DNA of 64,000 nucleotides from Bdellovibrionales bacterium (GCA_965203095.1 OZ241877.1:1568001-1632000); one strand, 5' to 3'. Numbered from the stretch's first letter, positions 39,277 to 49,176 are shown. A program made the numbers and translations. The notes: a model not told the origin generated them from the letters alone.

Positions 39277-40803
39277 ATGAAAACAATTTTCCTATTAGCT
39301 TTTATGTTGGTGTTTTTTCCAGAGATTTCTGAATCTGGTGGTCTTAAAAAAAAACTTATAAAAAAATCCACCCCAAAAACACCAGCCCCTCCGGCTATTG
39401 AGACTCCTACTGAATCCCACATAAGAATCAGTGACGATCCTTATGAGCAATGCAAAGCCACAGTTCTTCCCTCTTTTATTAATTTTTCTATGGGGTGGGG
39501 TGATCCCAAATACAAAGTCAAATTTGGCCCCTTTAAAACTAAAATAGATGCTGGTTTGGCTTCATATAGGGCTTTTGATTCTCTCTCCCCTCCGGCAGTG
39601 ATGGTGGCCGCGGCGGAAAACTCTCATCCTAAGCCTCTGGACCCTCTCAAAGTTAAAGCCTCAAAAGACAAAAACTTTAATATGATCCTTGTTGGAAACT
39701 TAGGCCCATCAGGCCATAAATGGCCTGATTCTCAAGAGGGGGAGGAGGTGCATATTTCAGCCCCTTCAGCCAACTTCCTCACATCTTCCAATAATGATGG
39801 GCATTACCGTAGGTTTGGTGGAACCAGTGGGGCCGCACCTTTGGTGACAGGTGCCCTGGCGGGTTTTGAGTGGCTATCGGGCTATCATCCCACAGCTGAA
39901 GAGTCCAAAATCCTTTTGGAAAAAACAGCCATAAAAACCCCTATATCCCTAAAAAAACCCAGGAAAAACGGGGCGGGAATGCTCAACTCCTACAAAATGG
40001 CTATGGTGGGAGAGGAGCTTAAAAGGCTTTGTGGGAAAAACATTTCCTGCTTTAAACAAAATATTAAAAATCCAGCCATTTATAAATTTCCTGAAGATCC
40101 CTCTTTAACAGCGGATGTCCAGCAGGCTTTTCCGGAATGCAGTCAGGAATGTGGAGGCACAGAGGAATCTTGCAAAAACAAAGCCGAAGTTTTTAAAAGG
40201 CTCCGGAAGGAAAGCCTCCTCAACCCCTCTAACAGGGTGGCTTACAGGCAGTTAGCCTGTATTTACAAAAACAGTGGTTTGAGGAAAAATGCCCAAGGTG
40301 CCTTCAATACCTATAAAGCTTTAACCCCAGATGGTCCCGCTTGCCAACAAGATGCCCACTGTATATTGGTTCCGGATTGCCCTCGTTCCCATAGTTTTGG
40401 TCTTGACTCCAGCTCTCAACATTTCTCAGAAGCTGAAGGATCTGGAGTTGTCATGTCAAAAGGAGCATTAAAAGATGTCACAAAAACAAATGTTAATCGC
40501 CCTCCCTTTCGCTCTATGACAAAGGCTCAGGCGGAAACTTATAAACTGGCGAATTGCTCTCGAGAGCAGTTATGCCAATACCCACCCGATATCCATGGTG
40601 GGCCACATAAAAAAAAGGTAGAGGGTAAGACTTACATTAGCGAGTGTGTCAATTCCTCTTGTGTTGTGACGGAAGAAATCCCAGCCAAGCTAAAGCCTTC
40701 AACCACGCCAGCTGAGTCTAGCCCAGCTAATCCTCAAGGATCCTCATCACCTGCTGAGGGGTCCTCACAGCCAGCCTCTAATGGTTCCAATGGCCAAAGA
40801 TAG
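39277..40803 (+). CDS. S8 subtilase C-terminal subunit: own signal peptide, oxyanion Asn, catalytic Ser, Cys-rich tail
   Basis: MKTIFLLAFMLVFF; INFSMG; VAAAEN; ISAPS; FGGTSGAAPLVTG. Confidence 0.85.
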   Translation: MKTIFLLAFMLVFFPEISESGGLKKKLIKKSTPKTPAPPAIETPTESHIRISDDPYEQCKATVLPSFINFSMGWGDPKYKVKFGPFKTKIDAGLASYRAFDSLSPPAVMVAAAENSHPKPLDPLKVKASKDKNFNMILVGNLGPSGHKWPDSQEGEEVHISAPSANFLTSSNNDGHYRRFGGTSGAAPLVTGALAGFEWLSGYHPTAEESKILLEKTAIKTPISLKKPRKNGAGMLNSYKMAMVGEELKRLCGKNISCFKQNIKNPAIYKFPEDPSLTADVQQAFPECSQECGGTEESCKNKAEVFKRLRKESLLNPSNRVAYRQLACIYKNSGLRKNAQGAFNTYKALTPDGPACQQDAHCILVPDCPRSHSFGLDSSSQHFSEAEGSGVVMSKGALKDVTKTNVNRPPFRSMTKAQAETYKLANCSREQLCQYPPDIHGGPHKKKVEGKTYISECVNSSCVVTEEIPAKLKPSTTPAESSPANPQGSSSPAEGSSQPASNGSNGQR

Positions 40804-40856
40804 CTTAATCACATAAACTCAAACAAATTTTGTCAGCAAAATCATGAACATTTACA

Positions 40857-41075
40857 GTTCCCGTGAAAACGGGAATCCATAGTCGTTCCCGTGAAAACGG
40901 GAATCCATAGTCGTTCCCGTGAAAACGGGAATCCATAGTCGTTCCCGTGAAAACGGGAATCCATAGTCGTTCCCGTGAAAACGGGAATCCATAGTCGTTC
41001 CCGTGAAAACGGGAATCCATAGTCGTTCCCGTGAAAACGGGAATCCATAGTCGTTCCCGTGAAAACGGGAATCCA
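40857..41075. repeat. Tandem array of 28-bp dRS3/REP-like palindromes (7 full + 1 partial)
   Basis: Identical unit GTTCCCGTGAAAACGGGAATCCATAGTC. Confidence 0.95.
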
Positions 41076-41129
41076 GAAATCTCTGTTCTTTCCGTAAAAC
41101 GAGACCAAAAACACTATTCTCTAAGTTTC

Positions 41130-41198
41130 TTTGTCCAAAGCCCGCCCCATTTCGGGACGGCAATACCTTGGACCCTCATGGGGCGGGCTTTGGACAAA
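41130..41198. repeat. Cargo hairpin of MITE family
   Basis: TTTGTCCAAAG-CCCGCCCCAT-core-ATGGGGCGGG-CTTTGGACAAA. Confidence 0.9.
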
Positions 41199-41235
41199 AG
41201 TAGTCAAGAGGATGCTTTTTTAGATCGAATTTTTA

Positions 41236-41318
41236 GTTTCTCGTGAAAAGGCTAAAAAATGATTCTGTCAGCAAAATCATGAACACATACAGGAATGACT
41301 TGCTTTTTCACGGGCAAC
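41236..41318. mobile_element. Minimal 83-bp MITE-like element without hairpin
   Basis: GTTTCTCGTGAAAA...TTTTTCACGGGCAAC then TACTTA. Confidence 0.7.
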
Positions 41319-41561
41319 TACTTATACAGTATCAGTATCTCAACAAAAAAGATGGAAAACTCCAACCTATCAGTTGACTATCCCCATTTATTAGGGAGAG
41401 ATTAAGGGATATATGTCCTATTTTAAAATTTTTTTAAAATCTTGGTTTTTTATCCGCTCTATAATTTGGTCTTATCCATTGGTAAAAGCTCACATCATCA
41501 CCGGCTTTTATCTCCAAAATAGAGCAAAGGGCAGAATTTGAACCATCGGTAGGCTATATTT

Positions 41562-42875
41562 ATGAAAAAAACAAAATCTTTAAATATCTTTAAAAATATT
41601 TTTAAGTCTTACTTCAGCACAGAGGCGGTCAGTAGTCTGGTTTTGCTATTTTTTGCCGGTTTGGCCTTGTTTTTAGCCAACTCGGAATGGCGGGAGTTTT
41701 ACAAAACCCTGGTGCACTATCCTCTGTCTTTCCATTTAGGAAATTTTGCTATCAAAACCAACTTCCACAGCATCATCAATGAAGGTTTAATGTCCCTTTT
41801 CTTTTTTGTTGTGGGTATGGAGATCAAAAGGGAGTTTATGGAAGGGGAGCTTTCCTCTGGCAAAAAAGCCGTTTTCCCTTTATTAGCCGCTGTGGGGGGA
41901 AGTTTGGTTCCCGCCCTTATCTTCTATTTTTGCAATCAAAACCTCCCTACAGAAAAAGGCTGGGGAATCCCCATGGCTACAGATATTGCCTTTGCTGTGG
42001 GCGTGATGAGTCTTCTCAGCCATAAGGTCCCCTTTGCTTTAAAAATCTTTTTGCTCTCTGTGGCTATTATTGACGACATCATTGCTGTTCTTGTAATTGC
42101 CCTTTTTTACAGCCAAAGTATATCGGGGCCTTTTTTAGCCCTCAGCTCTGCAATCTGTTTTGGAGTTTTTTTGTATTTCAAAATGCGGTTAAACAATGGC
42201 CTGCTTTTAACCGCCTTAGCCATTGGCCTGTGGGTTTGCTTACACAACAGTGGTATTCACACCACCTTAAGCGGGGTGATCCTCGGTTGCCTTATCCCCT
42301 TTAAAAACCGATGGACAGAGCAACAGGCATTGAGTGCGGCCACAAAAAGCCTCTCTAAAAAAGAAAAAAGCTCTTTTTCTGAATTAAAAAATATCAAGAA
42401 CATACTTATTGAGACCAAGTCCCCCCTTCAAAGGTTAATATCCCTTTATCACCCTTATGTGAGCTATATCATTATTCCTCTTTTTGCCTTTGCCAATGCG
42501 GGAATTGAGCTGAGTGGCATAGATTTTCTCAAATGGGGGCAAAGCCCTGTATCTTACGGGGTTCTGATAGGGCTTTGTTTGGGCAAACCTTTGGGTATTA
42601 CTTTGTTTTCCTATTTGGCCTGCGTTATGAAGCTTTCAGAACGGCCACAAAATGTGTCTTGGGTGCAAATTATTTCCACAGGTTTTTTAGCGGGTATAGG
42701 TTTTACTATGTCTTTATTTATTTTGAACCTTTGCTTCAGCCCTTCGGCTCCGGCCTATATGAATGCCAAAATCAGTATTCTCACGGCCTCTTCCCTCTCT
42801 GCCTTTTTAGGACTTGTGCTTTTAGCGATGGGTAAAACCATCTCTCTCAACCAAAGGAAAAAGCCAGTCTCCTGA
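41562..42875 (+). CDS. nhaA: Na+/H+ antiporter NhaA
   Basis: INEGLMSLFFF, GWGIPMATDIAFA, AIIDD, GKPLGI, GIGFTMSLFI. Confidence 0.96.
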   Translation: MKKTKSLNIFKNIFKSYFSTEAVSSLVLLFFAGLALFLANSEWREFYKTLVHYPLSFHLGNFAIKTNFHSIINEGLMSLFFFVVGMEIKREFMEGELSSGKKAVFPLLAAVGGSLVPALIFYFCNQNLPTEKGWGIPMATDIAFAVGVMSLLSHKVPFALKIFLLSVAIIDDIIAVLVIALFYSQSISGPFLALSSAICFGVFLYFKMRLNNGLLLTALAIGLWVCLHNSGIHTTLSGVILGCLIPFKNRWTEQQALSAATKSLSKKEKSSFSELKNIKNILIETKSPLQRLISLYHPYVSYIIIPLFAFANAGIELSGIDFLKWGQSPVSYGVLIGLCLGKPLGITLFSYLACVMKLSERPQNVSWVQIISTGFLAGIGFTMSLFILNLCFSPSAPAYMNAKISILTASSLSAFLGLVLLAMGKTISLNQRKKPVS

Positions 42876-42942
42876 TAAGATTCCCAACTTGGGATCAAAA
42901 ATCATTAAAGTTTTATTGCTTTTGAGCCGATACTGTTCATGT

Positions 42943-43944
42943 ATGTTTTTGATATTAATTTTAAAATCCGTTTTTTTTATCAGCTCAGTTTTTGCTAACA
43001 CAATGATAGAGCTGGGGGCCACTACGGGCATTGCCAATAGCCTTTCTCAACCTGCGGTCCATCAGCCCACAACAGCTATAAAAAAAGCTCAACAGGCGGT
43101 GCAAAAGTATGAAAAGGCTCAGCAAAATCGTTTGCCTCAGTCCAGTTCTTCTTCTCAGTTAGAGCCTAATGTGCCATCAGGGCCTTTGCCAATAGCTGGA
43201 GTAGCCAACATGTCAAGTGAAACAGGAGAAAAGGCCAAAGCCCCAGGCTCTGCCGTTGTGGGAGATAGTCCGGCACAAAATGAAGTGCCAAGGTCTGCCG
43301 TTGTGGGGGAGGGTCCGTCACAAAATGAGGTGCCAAAGTCTGCCGTTATGGGAGATAGTCCGTCACAAAATGAAGTGCCAAGGTCTGCCGTTGTGGGAGA
43401 TAGTCCGGCACAAAATGAAGTATCAAAATCTGCTGTTATGGGGGATAGTCCAGCACAAGCTGAGGTGCCAAAGTCTGCCGTTGTGGGAGATAGTCCGGCA
43501 CAAAATGAGGTGCCAAGGTCTGCTGTTATGGAAAGAGGTCCAGCACAAGCTGAGGTGCCAAGGTCTGCCGTTGTGGGAGATAGTCCTTCACAAAATGAAG
43601 ATCCCAGTGAAAACCCTCTGATAAAAGAAGAGGAATCAGCTAAATCGGAAATATTTTTTACTGAGGAGCCAACGGATGTAGAAGAATCCTCTTTAGATGA
43701 ATCTCAAAAAGAGGAGCAGGACCAACTGGCCCATCGGTTAAAGCAAAACAAGGCAGAAGAAGCCAATCCTGTAGACTATAAAGCAGATGTGCAGATTTTT
43801 TATAAAAGAAAGTGCCAAAACAATCAGAAAAACTGCAACAGAGGGCCTATCTTTACCAATATAAAAAGTGTGATTTTTAATTATAATCGCACTCAGGAAA
43901 GGAACTTAGCTCAGGCAAAAAAGAAGAAAAAAGCAAATCAGTAA
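42943..43944 (+). CDS. Secreted acidic low-complexity protein with 15-aa repeats (ORF track start 42889)
   Basis: Signal MFLILILKSVFFISSVFA; 8 x SAVVGDSPAQNEVPR-like units. Confidence 0.7.
   Translation: MFLILILKSVFFISSVFANTMIELGATTGIANSLSQPAVHQPTTAIKKAQQAVQKYEKAQQNRLPQSSSSSQLEPNVPSGPLPIAGVANMSSETGEKAKAPGSAVVGDSPAQNEVPRSAVVGEGPSQNEVPKSAVMGDSPSQNEVPRSAVVGDSPAQNEVSKSAVMGDSPAQAEVPKSAVVGDSPAQNEVPRSAVMERGPAQAEVPRSAVVGDSPSQNEDPSENPLIKEEESAKSEIFFTEEPTDVEESSLDESQKEEQDQLAHRLKQNKAEEANPVDYKADVQIFYKRKCQNNQKNCNRGPIFTNIKSVIFNYNRTQERNLAQAKKKKKANQ
43249..43608 (+). repeat. 8 x 45-bp imperfect coding tandem repeat
   Basis: TCTGCCGTTGTGGGAGATAGTCCGGCACAAAATGAAGTGCCAAGG consensus. Confidence 0.92.
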
Positions 43945-45050
43945 ATTGAGCGGGTATTACTCAAGTCAAAATCTTTTTTAATTTCCGGTATTTTTTTAGG
44001 AAGAGTTTTCATTGTATTCAACCAAAGCTCCGGTGTCTCCATACAGAGGAAGATAGGCCACTTAGAAGAATACTTTTGGAATCGGTTTTTGACATATTCA
44101 AACATTTCCTGGCGAACTTCTTGATCATAGCGGAGCTTTCCATCAGCTGAGCGAAAAAACTCTCCCCTACAAATCAGGCTTTTCATCCCAAACCTTTGCC
44201 TCATAATGGCTTTTTGCTTGGGCGAAAACCGCAAAGCACCCAGAGATATATGCTGTAGCTCCTTAGGTTGGAATTGGCTTGCGATCTGATCCACCAGTGC
44301 CCCGTAATGCTTTTTCCATTCCGGAAAACGGATTAAAGGGTCAATATGAAAGGAGATTTTAAAGCCTTTGTTCTTCAGTTTCCGGCCAGCAGATAATCTT
44401 TGTTTAAGGGAGCTGGTGCCATGCTCTTCTTTTTGAACAATAAACTCTGGATTGACAGACCAACTCACCACCACATTTCCTGCATGTGGGCTGTTTTCAA
44501 AATTTTTTATGTTATCGGATTTGGTTTTAAATTCTAACAGCCAGTGAGGGCAATTTTTAAAAAAATCAATAAGCTTTGTGGAATAAAGGCTCAGGTCGTC
44601 CAAACTGAGGCTATCGGTTTGCTCCCCAGTGCCTATGCGAATGTAAGTGTGGCCTTGTTTTTTTCTCAGCTCCCTCAGTTCTTGAAAGGCTTTTTCAATA
44701 TTGGTATAAATGACAACTGCTGGTAAATTGATAAAGGATTGAAGGAAGCAATAAGAGCAGTCCATCTCGCAGTTTTGCCCTAAGTTGAGAACAAAGTAAT
44801 TGCAACACATTAGCTTGGGTTTGGCCCCGGGGCATCTTTTAAAAAAAGAACCTTTAAATTCTTTTAGAAAAAGCGTTTTTTTAGCCTTCCTCCAATTTTT
44901 TGCGGGAATAGCCCCTACTTTAAAAAAATCTTCTGAAACGATTTGAATTTTGTTTTTAGGAAAAATCTTTAAAGCCCTTTTCGCCACAGCACTTTTTCGG
45001 GCTGTTTTAGAAATATAAACTTTGTCAAAAATTTTTAAATGTTTCGTCAT
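43938..45050 (-). CDS. Spore photoproduct lyase-like radical SAM protein
   Basis: CEMDCSYCFLQ CxxxCxxC, EFKTKSDN, SWSVNP, FHIDP, FLCME. Confidence 0.85.
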   Translation of the reverse strand: MTKHLKIFDKVYISKTARKSAVAKRALKIFPKNKIQIVSEDFFKVGAIPAKNWRKAKKTLFLKEFKGSFFKRCPGAKPKLMCCNYFVLNLGQNCEMDCSYCFLQSFINLPAVVIYTNIEKAFQELRELRKKQGHTYIRIGTGEQTDSLSLDDLSLYSTKLIDFFKNCPHWLLEFKTKSDNIKNFENSPHAGNVVVSWSVNPEFIVQKEEHGTSSLKQRLSAGRKLKNKGFKISFHIDPLIRFPEWKKHYGALVDQIASQFQPKELQHISLGALRFSPKQKAIMRQRFGMKSLICRGEFFRSADGKLRYDQEVRQEMFEYVKNRFQKYSSKWPIFLCMETPELWLNTMKTLPKKIPEIKKDFDLSNTRSIY

Positions 45051-45055
45051 AATAT

Positions 45056-47344
45056 TTAAGGGCAGGTAATAAGGGAATTGCCGGTGTCTTTATCTTTTAA
45101 AGGTTCAGGTAGCTTGTTAGTATCTAAAGCATCTAAGCTGGCCGGCCTTTGCGGAGGCTTAGCCGTTTGCAGTAGGGAGGAGAGCTGAACTCCAAACTCT
45201 TTCATTCTCTCACCAAAATGATTATCACAGAGATCCACCTCATAGCCCATTGCTTTTTTTGTATTCATCAAGTTCACAAATCTTCTCATGGATGCAGGAA
45301 CAGGTTTTTGAATTCCGTTTTCGCAATTAGCACCCCCATAGTTTGTTTTACTATTACTGTCATTGACAGCAATAAAGGCGATGGTTTTTTGAGGGTTGCG
45401 ATTAAGCTTCGAACTGCTAAATAAGAAATCTATCATTCCTTGGTGGTTGTTATCATAATCGTCTTCATCCGTTAAAAAATACAGGGCCAAAACTGCCTGG
45501 GATCTAAAAAATCCTGGGAGACTGCTTTTAATTCTCATAACAGGTCGAAAAAGTCGTTCATCCTGTGAGCCTTCAGTTCCGGCATTCTTAATTGCTTTCT
45601 TTAATCTGTCCTGGATTTGTGTAATGCTGGCCTTTCGCCCCCGGCAATTGGGTTTATTGCACAAAAAACTTCCCGATAAAAGATTTTTATTATCTGTGGT
45701 GACTACAGCAATATGGGTATCCACTTCATCATTTAAAAACTCTTCAAAAAACTGGATTAAATTTTTGGCCAAGTTTTCTTGTTCATGTTTCATACTTCTA
45801 GAATTGTCTATCACAAAAACCATATCCAATTTTGCTGACCTATCCTCAGCTTGGCAAAAAAGGCTTTTGTCTGTCACTTCAAAGCGACCAGTTTTTGAAT
45901 TGCAAACAGCAGTGTAAATGGTAGGGGATCTGCCATTAAAATCATACATAAATCTTAAAGGAGCACCATGGGCCACTCTTGTTCCAATCTGATGTTTATA
46001 AATCTCTTTAATATGTATGCTTTTGTTGGGAATAGGCCCTTCACCGTCCGAACTAATGCCCGGAGTAAGAGTAATATTTCCACCAGAACTGCAAGAAAAT
46101 TTATTAGAGGGATATTCAGGAACACATCTATTGTTGCTTTTTTTCACCCGGCCCCAAACATTTTTTGTCTCTCCAGTTAAAGGGGCTTTATCGCATGTTG
46201 CACCCATAATATGCCATTTACCAGAGTAATCACAAAGGGCGTATATAGAGAGATAGCCAAAATGATTTCCTTTTATGGAAACTTCTTTGGGCCTTGCGAA
46301 AGTATCTCCATAATCTCCCTCTGGAAGGGAAATTCTTCCAGAAATCTCCGCCCGCCCTTTCCCCTGACATATAGCCTGCATATCAGGAGAGTAGCTCCCC
46401 ACTGGATCCTCATTTTTATCTTTTTTGCAATAGGGTTTCAGATCAATAGAGCATTTGGGATGAGATAAAACTTCGGCCTGGCACCAACTTTTTTTGTTTT
46501 TTCTGCATTTCACTGTTTGCCCCTGTTTGCTCCCTCCAGAGCAATCCTTGTTTGAGGAAAGCGATCGATACTTCTCATCCCCTGTGGAATAAACCGAATC
46601 CGCACAGGAGTTATAACACCAAAGGCTATTGTTCCAATCCCCTTTATGGCAGTAAGTGTGAGACAAACAAGAAAGACTTCGCCCATCGTCATAAGAGTTT
46701 AAAGTGAGAGTTTTATAGCTTTTTCCATGGGGGCCAGGGTTTTCAATTAAGCTGGAAGTAATAGGGTTGAGACTGGACTGATCATAAGTGAGAATATGCT
46801 TAACCCCTCCTTTGCAAATTTGGGTGGATTCTGAACTTTTAAGGCAGTTGGAGATTTTTCCTTGGTTATCCCTTACAACTTCTATATAAGAGCTTTTTTC
46901 CCTTTTTTGCAAATCCCCTTGGACCTTAGCACTTAAAGTCCATTGGATGTGGGCCAGATCCATATTGTTTTTCAAAGGGAAAAAGGAGACTTCAATATCC
47001 CCGTTAAGATTTTGTTTCCAATCTTTAAAAAGGCCCTTGGCTTTTGATGGGGCATGGAGGTCCAAATCAATGCTCAATTCCGCTCCAGGGATTCCGGAAG
47101 ATTCTGCTTTTTTCATGGTCTCGGCACAAAAGTCTGGGTTTTTAAAAAACTTTTCTATAAAATGGCTGGTTTCCTCTTGAGATATATAGCCCTCTGAGTG
47201 CTGAATGGTTTTTAAATAAAGGTGAAGGTAGCCTAAGGACATAAAAGCCACAACAGAGGCCACCACAGTGCCCACTATCAACTCTATAAGAGAGAAACCA
47301 CTTTCTTTTTTTAAGGGTAATGGCATGAGGTTTTTAAACTCCAA
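45056..47344 (-). CDS. Prepilin-type protein fused to a Cys-rich region and vWA domain
   Basis: G|FSLIELIV class III signal; DMVFVIDNSRSM MIDAS; AVVTTD; LTDEDD. Confidence 0.85.
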   Translation of the reverse strand: MEFKNLMPLPLKKESGFSLIELIVGTVVASVVAFMSLGYLHLYLKTIQHSEGYISQEETSHFIEKFFKNPDFCAETMKKAESSGIPGAELSIDLDLHAPSKAKGLFKDWKQNLNGDIEVSFFPLKNNMDLAHIQWTLSAKVQGDLQKREKSSYIEVVRDNQGKISNCLKSSESTQICKGGVKHILTYDQSSLNPITSSLIENPGPHGKSYKTLTLNSYDDGRSLSCLSHTYCHKGDWNNSLWCYNSCADSVYSTGDEKYRSLSSNKDCSGGSKQGQTVKCRKNKKSWCQAEVLSHPKCSIDLKPYCKKDKNEDPVGSYSPDMQAICQGKGRAEISGRISLPEGDYGDTFARPKEVSIKGNHFGYLSIYALCDYSGKWHIMGATCDKAPLTGETKNVWGRVKKSNNRCVPEYPSNKFSCSSGGNITLTPGISSDGEGPIPNKSIHIKEIYKHQIGTRVAHGAPLRFMYDFNGRSPTIYTAVCNSKTGRFEVTDKSLFCQAEDRSAKLDMVFVIDNSRSMKHEQENLAKNLIQFFEEFLNDEVDTHIAVVTTDNKNLLSGSFLCNKPNCRGRKASITQIQDRLKKAIKNAGTEGSQDERLFRPVMRIKSSLPGFFRSQAVLALYFLTDEDDYDNNHQGMIDFLFSSSKLNRNPQKTIAFIAVNDSNSKTNYGGANCENGIQKPVPASMRRFVNLMNTKKAMGYEVDLCDNHFGERMKEFGVQLSSLLQTAKPPQRPASLDALDTNKLPEPLKDKDTGNSLITCP

Positions 47345-48189
47345 TTGTATTCAAAGTCACAAATCCCGATGGCTTTTGCAACAGTCTTTTCCCCCTGGCA
47401 ATCGCTTTGCACTCGGGTTTTTTCAGGATCTTCTCTGGTTTCGGTCAAGCCAACCTGCTCCGGATCTCCTGGGCGGGCTTTTTCAGTATAATCTTTTCCC
47501 ACTTTAAATTTTCCTCCATGTTTTTGCGGGTCAAGAGTTAAATTATAAATGTATCTGCAACAGATCACTGTGATATTTTGTTTTTCACAGTTCAGTTTTT
47601 GAGTTTGTTCTTCAGAAGTGGAGCAGGTTTGGATTCGCCCTGATTTTTTTGCGATATAAATAGGGGCATAGATAAAAAACTGCTCTTTTCCTTTTGAAAA
47701 ATGCATTCGCATTGTGGCCACACTGTGGAACAAACCAGATTTTTGAGGGTGCTCCTCTCGGTCTAAAGAGAGGTTTTTAACCGCTTGGCTTTTGTAATCC
47801 TTATAGTTTTCAGGAGGTTGTTCTATGATTTTTATGGCTTTAACTCTGAGATTGGTTTTTTCATAAAAGCCTGATTTTTTATAAAAATCCTTATCGCTAA
47901 CTGAAAGATCAAGAATAGTTTTCCCGTCAAAACCTTTAATTAAAGTCACATCTTGATTTGTGTTTTTAAAAGTGTTCCGGCAAGCCTTTTCATTCAGTAA
48001 GCTATTCAAAATGATTTGCTTGAGTTTTCCTTGGCTGAGCTGTTGTTTTCGGGTTTTTTCCATCTCCATAAAAGAGTTAATGTTTTTGTGCAGGTTTAAA
48101 AGTAAAAATTCTACAAACAGGGCTACAAGTAAGACTGACAAAATAGTAAAAACTCCCTTTTCTGATTTTATCAAGCTTTTCATAAACAT
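47311..48189 (-). CDS. Pilin-like protein lacking Glu5 (PilX/GspK-like)
   Basis: SEKG|VFTILSVLLVALF in pilin operon. Confidence 0.6.
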   Translation of the reverse strand: MFMKSLIKSEKGVFTILSVLLVALFVEFLLLNLHKNINSFMEMEKTRKQQLSQGKLKQIILNSLLNEKACRNTFKNTNQDVTLIKGFDGKTILDLSVSDKDFYKKSGFYEKTNLRVKAIKIIEQPPENYKDYKSQAVKNLSLDREEHPQKSGLFHSVATMRMHFSKGKEQFFIYAPIYIAKKSGRIQTCSTSEEQTQKLNCEKQNITVICCRYIYNLTLDPQKHGGKFKVGKDYTEKARPGDPEQVGLTETREDPEKTRVQSDCQGEKTVAKAIGICDFEYNWSLKTSCHYP

Positions 48190-48204
48190 TTTTACCTCTA
48201 CTCA

Positions 48205-49164
48205 CTACGGAGTTGTGGAGCCTCTTTCTAAACAGATCAGGCTCTCTTGCCAAACGCCATCTCGGCAGTAAAAATTAAAGTTGCAGGCACAAAAATCTGT
48301 GACCCGCTCATACTGAAGAGTTTCTCCTGAAAGGCCTTTTTCCAAAGAGATTGAGATAGAGGGTGGGTTTAAAGGGTTGAGGCTTTTATCTGTGCAACTG
48401 ATCACAACAGTTTTATTTTTATCAGGTTTTCTTACTGTCATAAAAACTTTTTTTGTTTCTGCCAAGCAGGCGGGAGGTGTTAAGTGACAGCCTGCAATGA
48501 CTCCGTTTTTTAAAACTGTATAAATTTTAAGAGTTCTTTCAAACTCCCCTTTGTGGCTGTCTTTTAAATCTTCCATCCTTTCAGATACTCTTTTGCTTTT
48601 GGCCGGAGTTTTTTTTGATCTTCGAGAGTAAAAAATGATTTTAAGCCGGGCATGAGAATCAAAAACAGGGTCCTTTTCTAAACTCATGGATTTGATGGAA
48701 ATGTGGGAATCTTTTAAAACGGTATCCACGGGTTCATATTTGCTGGCCCCATAAGTTTTTTGAGAGACCTGATCTTTAACCGCATATAGGATATGGTATT
48801 CGTAAATGGGTTTTCCCTGAGCGTCTATTTTTCCCCGATGAGTCACAGGATCTATAAGGGGCCGGCGGATTTTAATTTCCGGAGCACTGTTGTCTGTTCT
48901 CTTAATGCCGGTATCTGCTGTGTTGACATATTGAGAATCTAATTTATCGCCTATAAGGCTATCACAATTCCCGTAAGACAAAATGCGATGGACACGATTA
49001 AAGTGCTGATCGATAATTCGAGAATCCATTACATATTGCAAACTGGAAATATGTCGGGCGGAGCGGGCAGTAATAGCAATAATTAAGCTCATAAGGGCTA
49101 AGCCTCCAAGGGCCTCAACGATTGACATTCCTGAAGAGTTTGAAATGTGGCTTGGCTTTTCCAT
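48205..49164 (-). CDS. Minor type IV pilin/pseudopilin-like protein
   Basis: SG|MSIVEALGGLALMSLII. Confidence 0.72.
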   Translation of the reverse strand: MEKPSHISNSSGMSIVEALGGLALMSLIIAITARSARHISSLQYVMDSRIIDQHFNRVHRILSYGNCDSLIGDKLDSQYVNTADTGIKRTDNSAPEIKIRRPLIDPVTHRGKIDAQGKPIYEYHILYAVKDQVSQKTYGASKYEPVDTVLKDSHISIKSMSLEKDPVFDSHARLKIIFYSRRSKKTPAKSKRVSERMEDLKDSHKGEFERTLKIYTVLKNGVIAGCHLTPPACLAETKKVFMTVRKPDKNKTVVISCTDKSLNPLNPPSISISLEKGLSGETLQYERVTDFCACNFNFYCRDGVWQESLICLERGSTTP

Positions 49165-49176
49165 AATCTATTTGCC

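Noticed and set aside
40857..41075. CRISPR array
   Set aside because: Units are identical with no unique spacers, and no cas genes are in the window.
40805..41246. ORFs with WIPVFTG / DSRFHGND repeats
   Set aside because: Translations of the palindromic tandem repeat in several frames.
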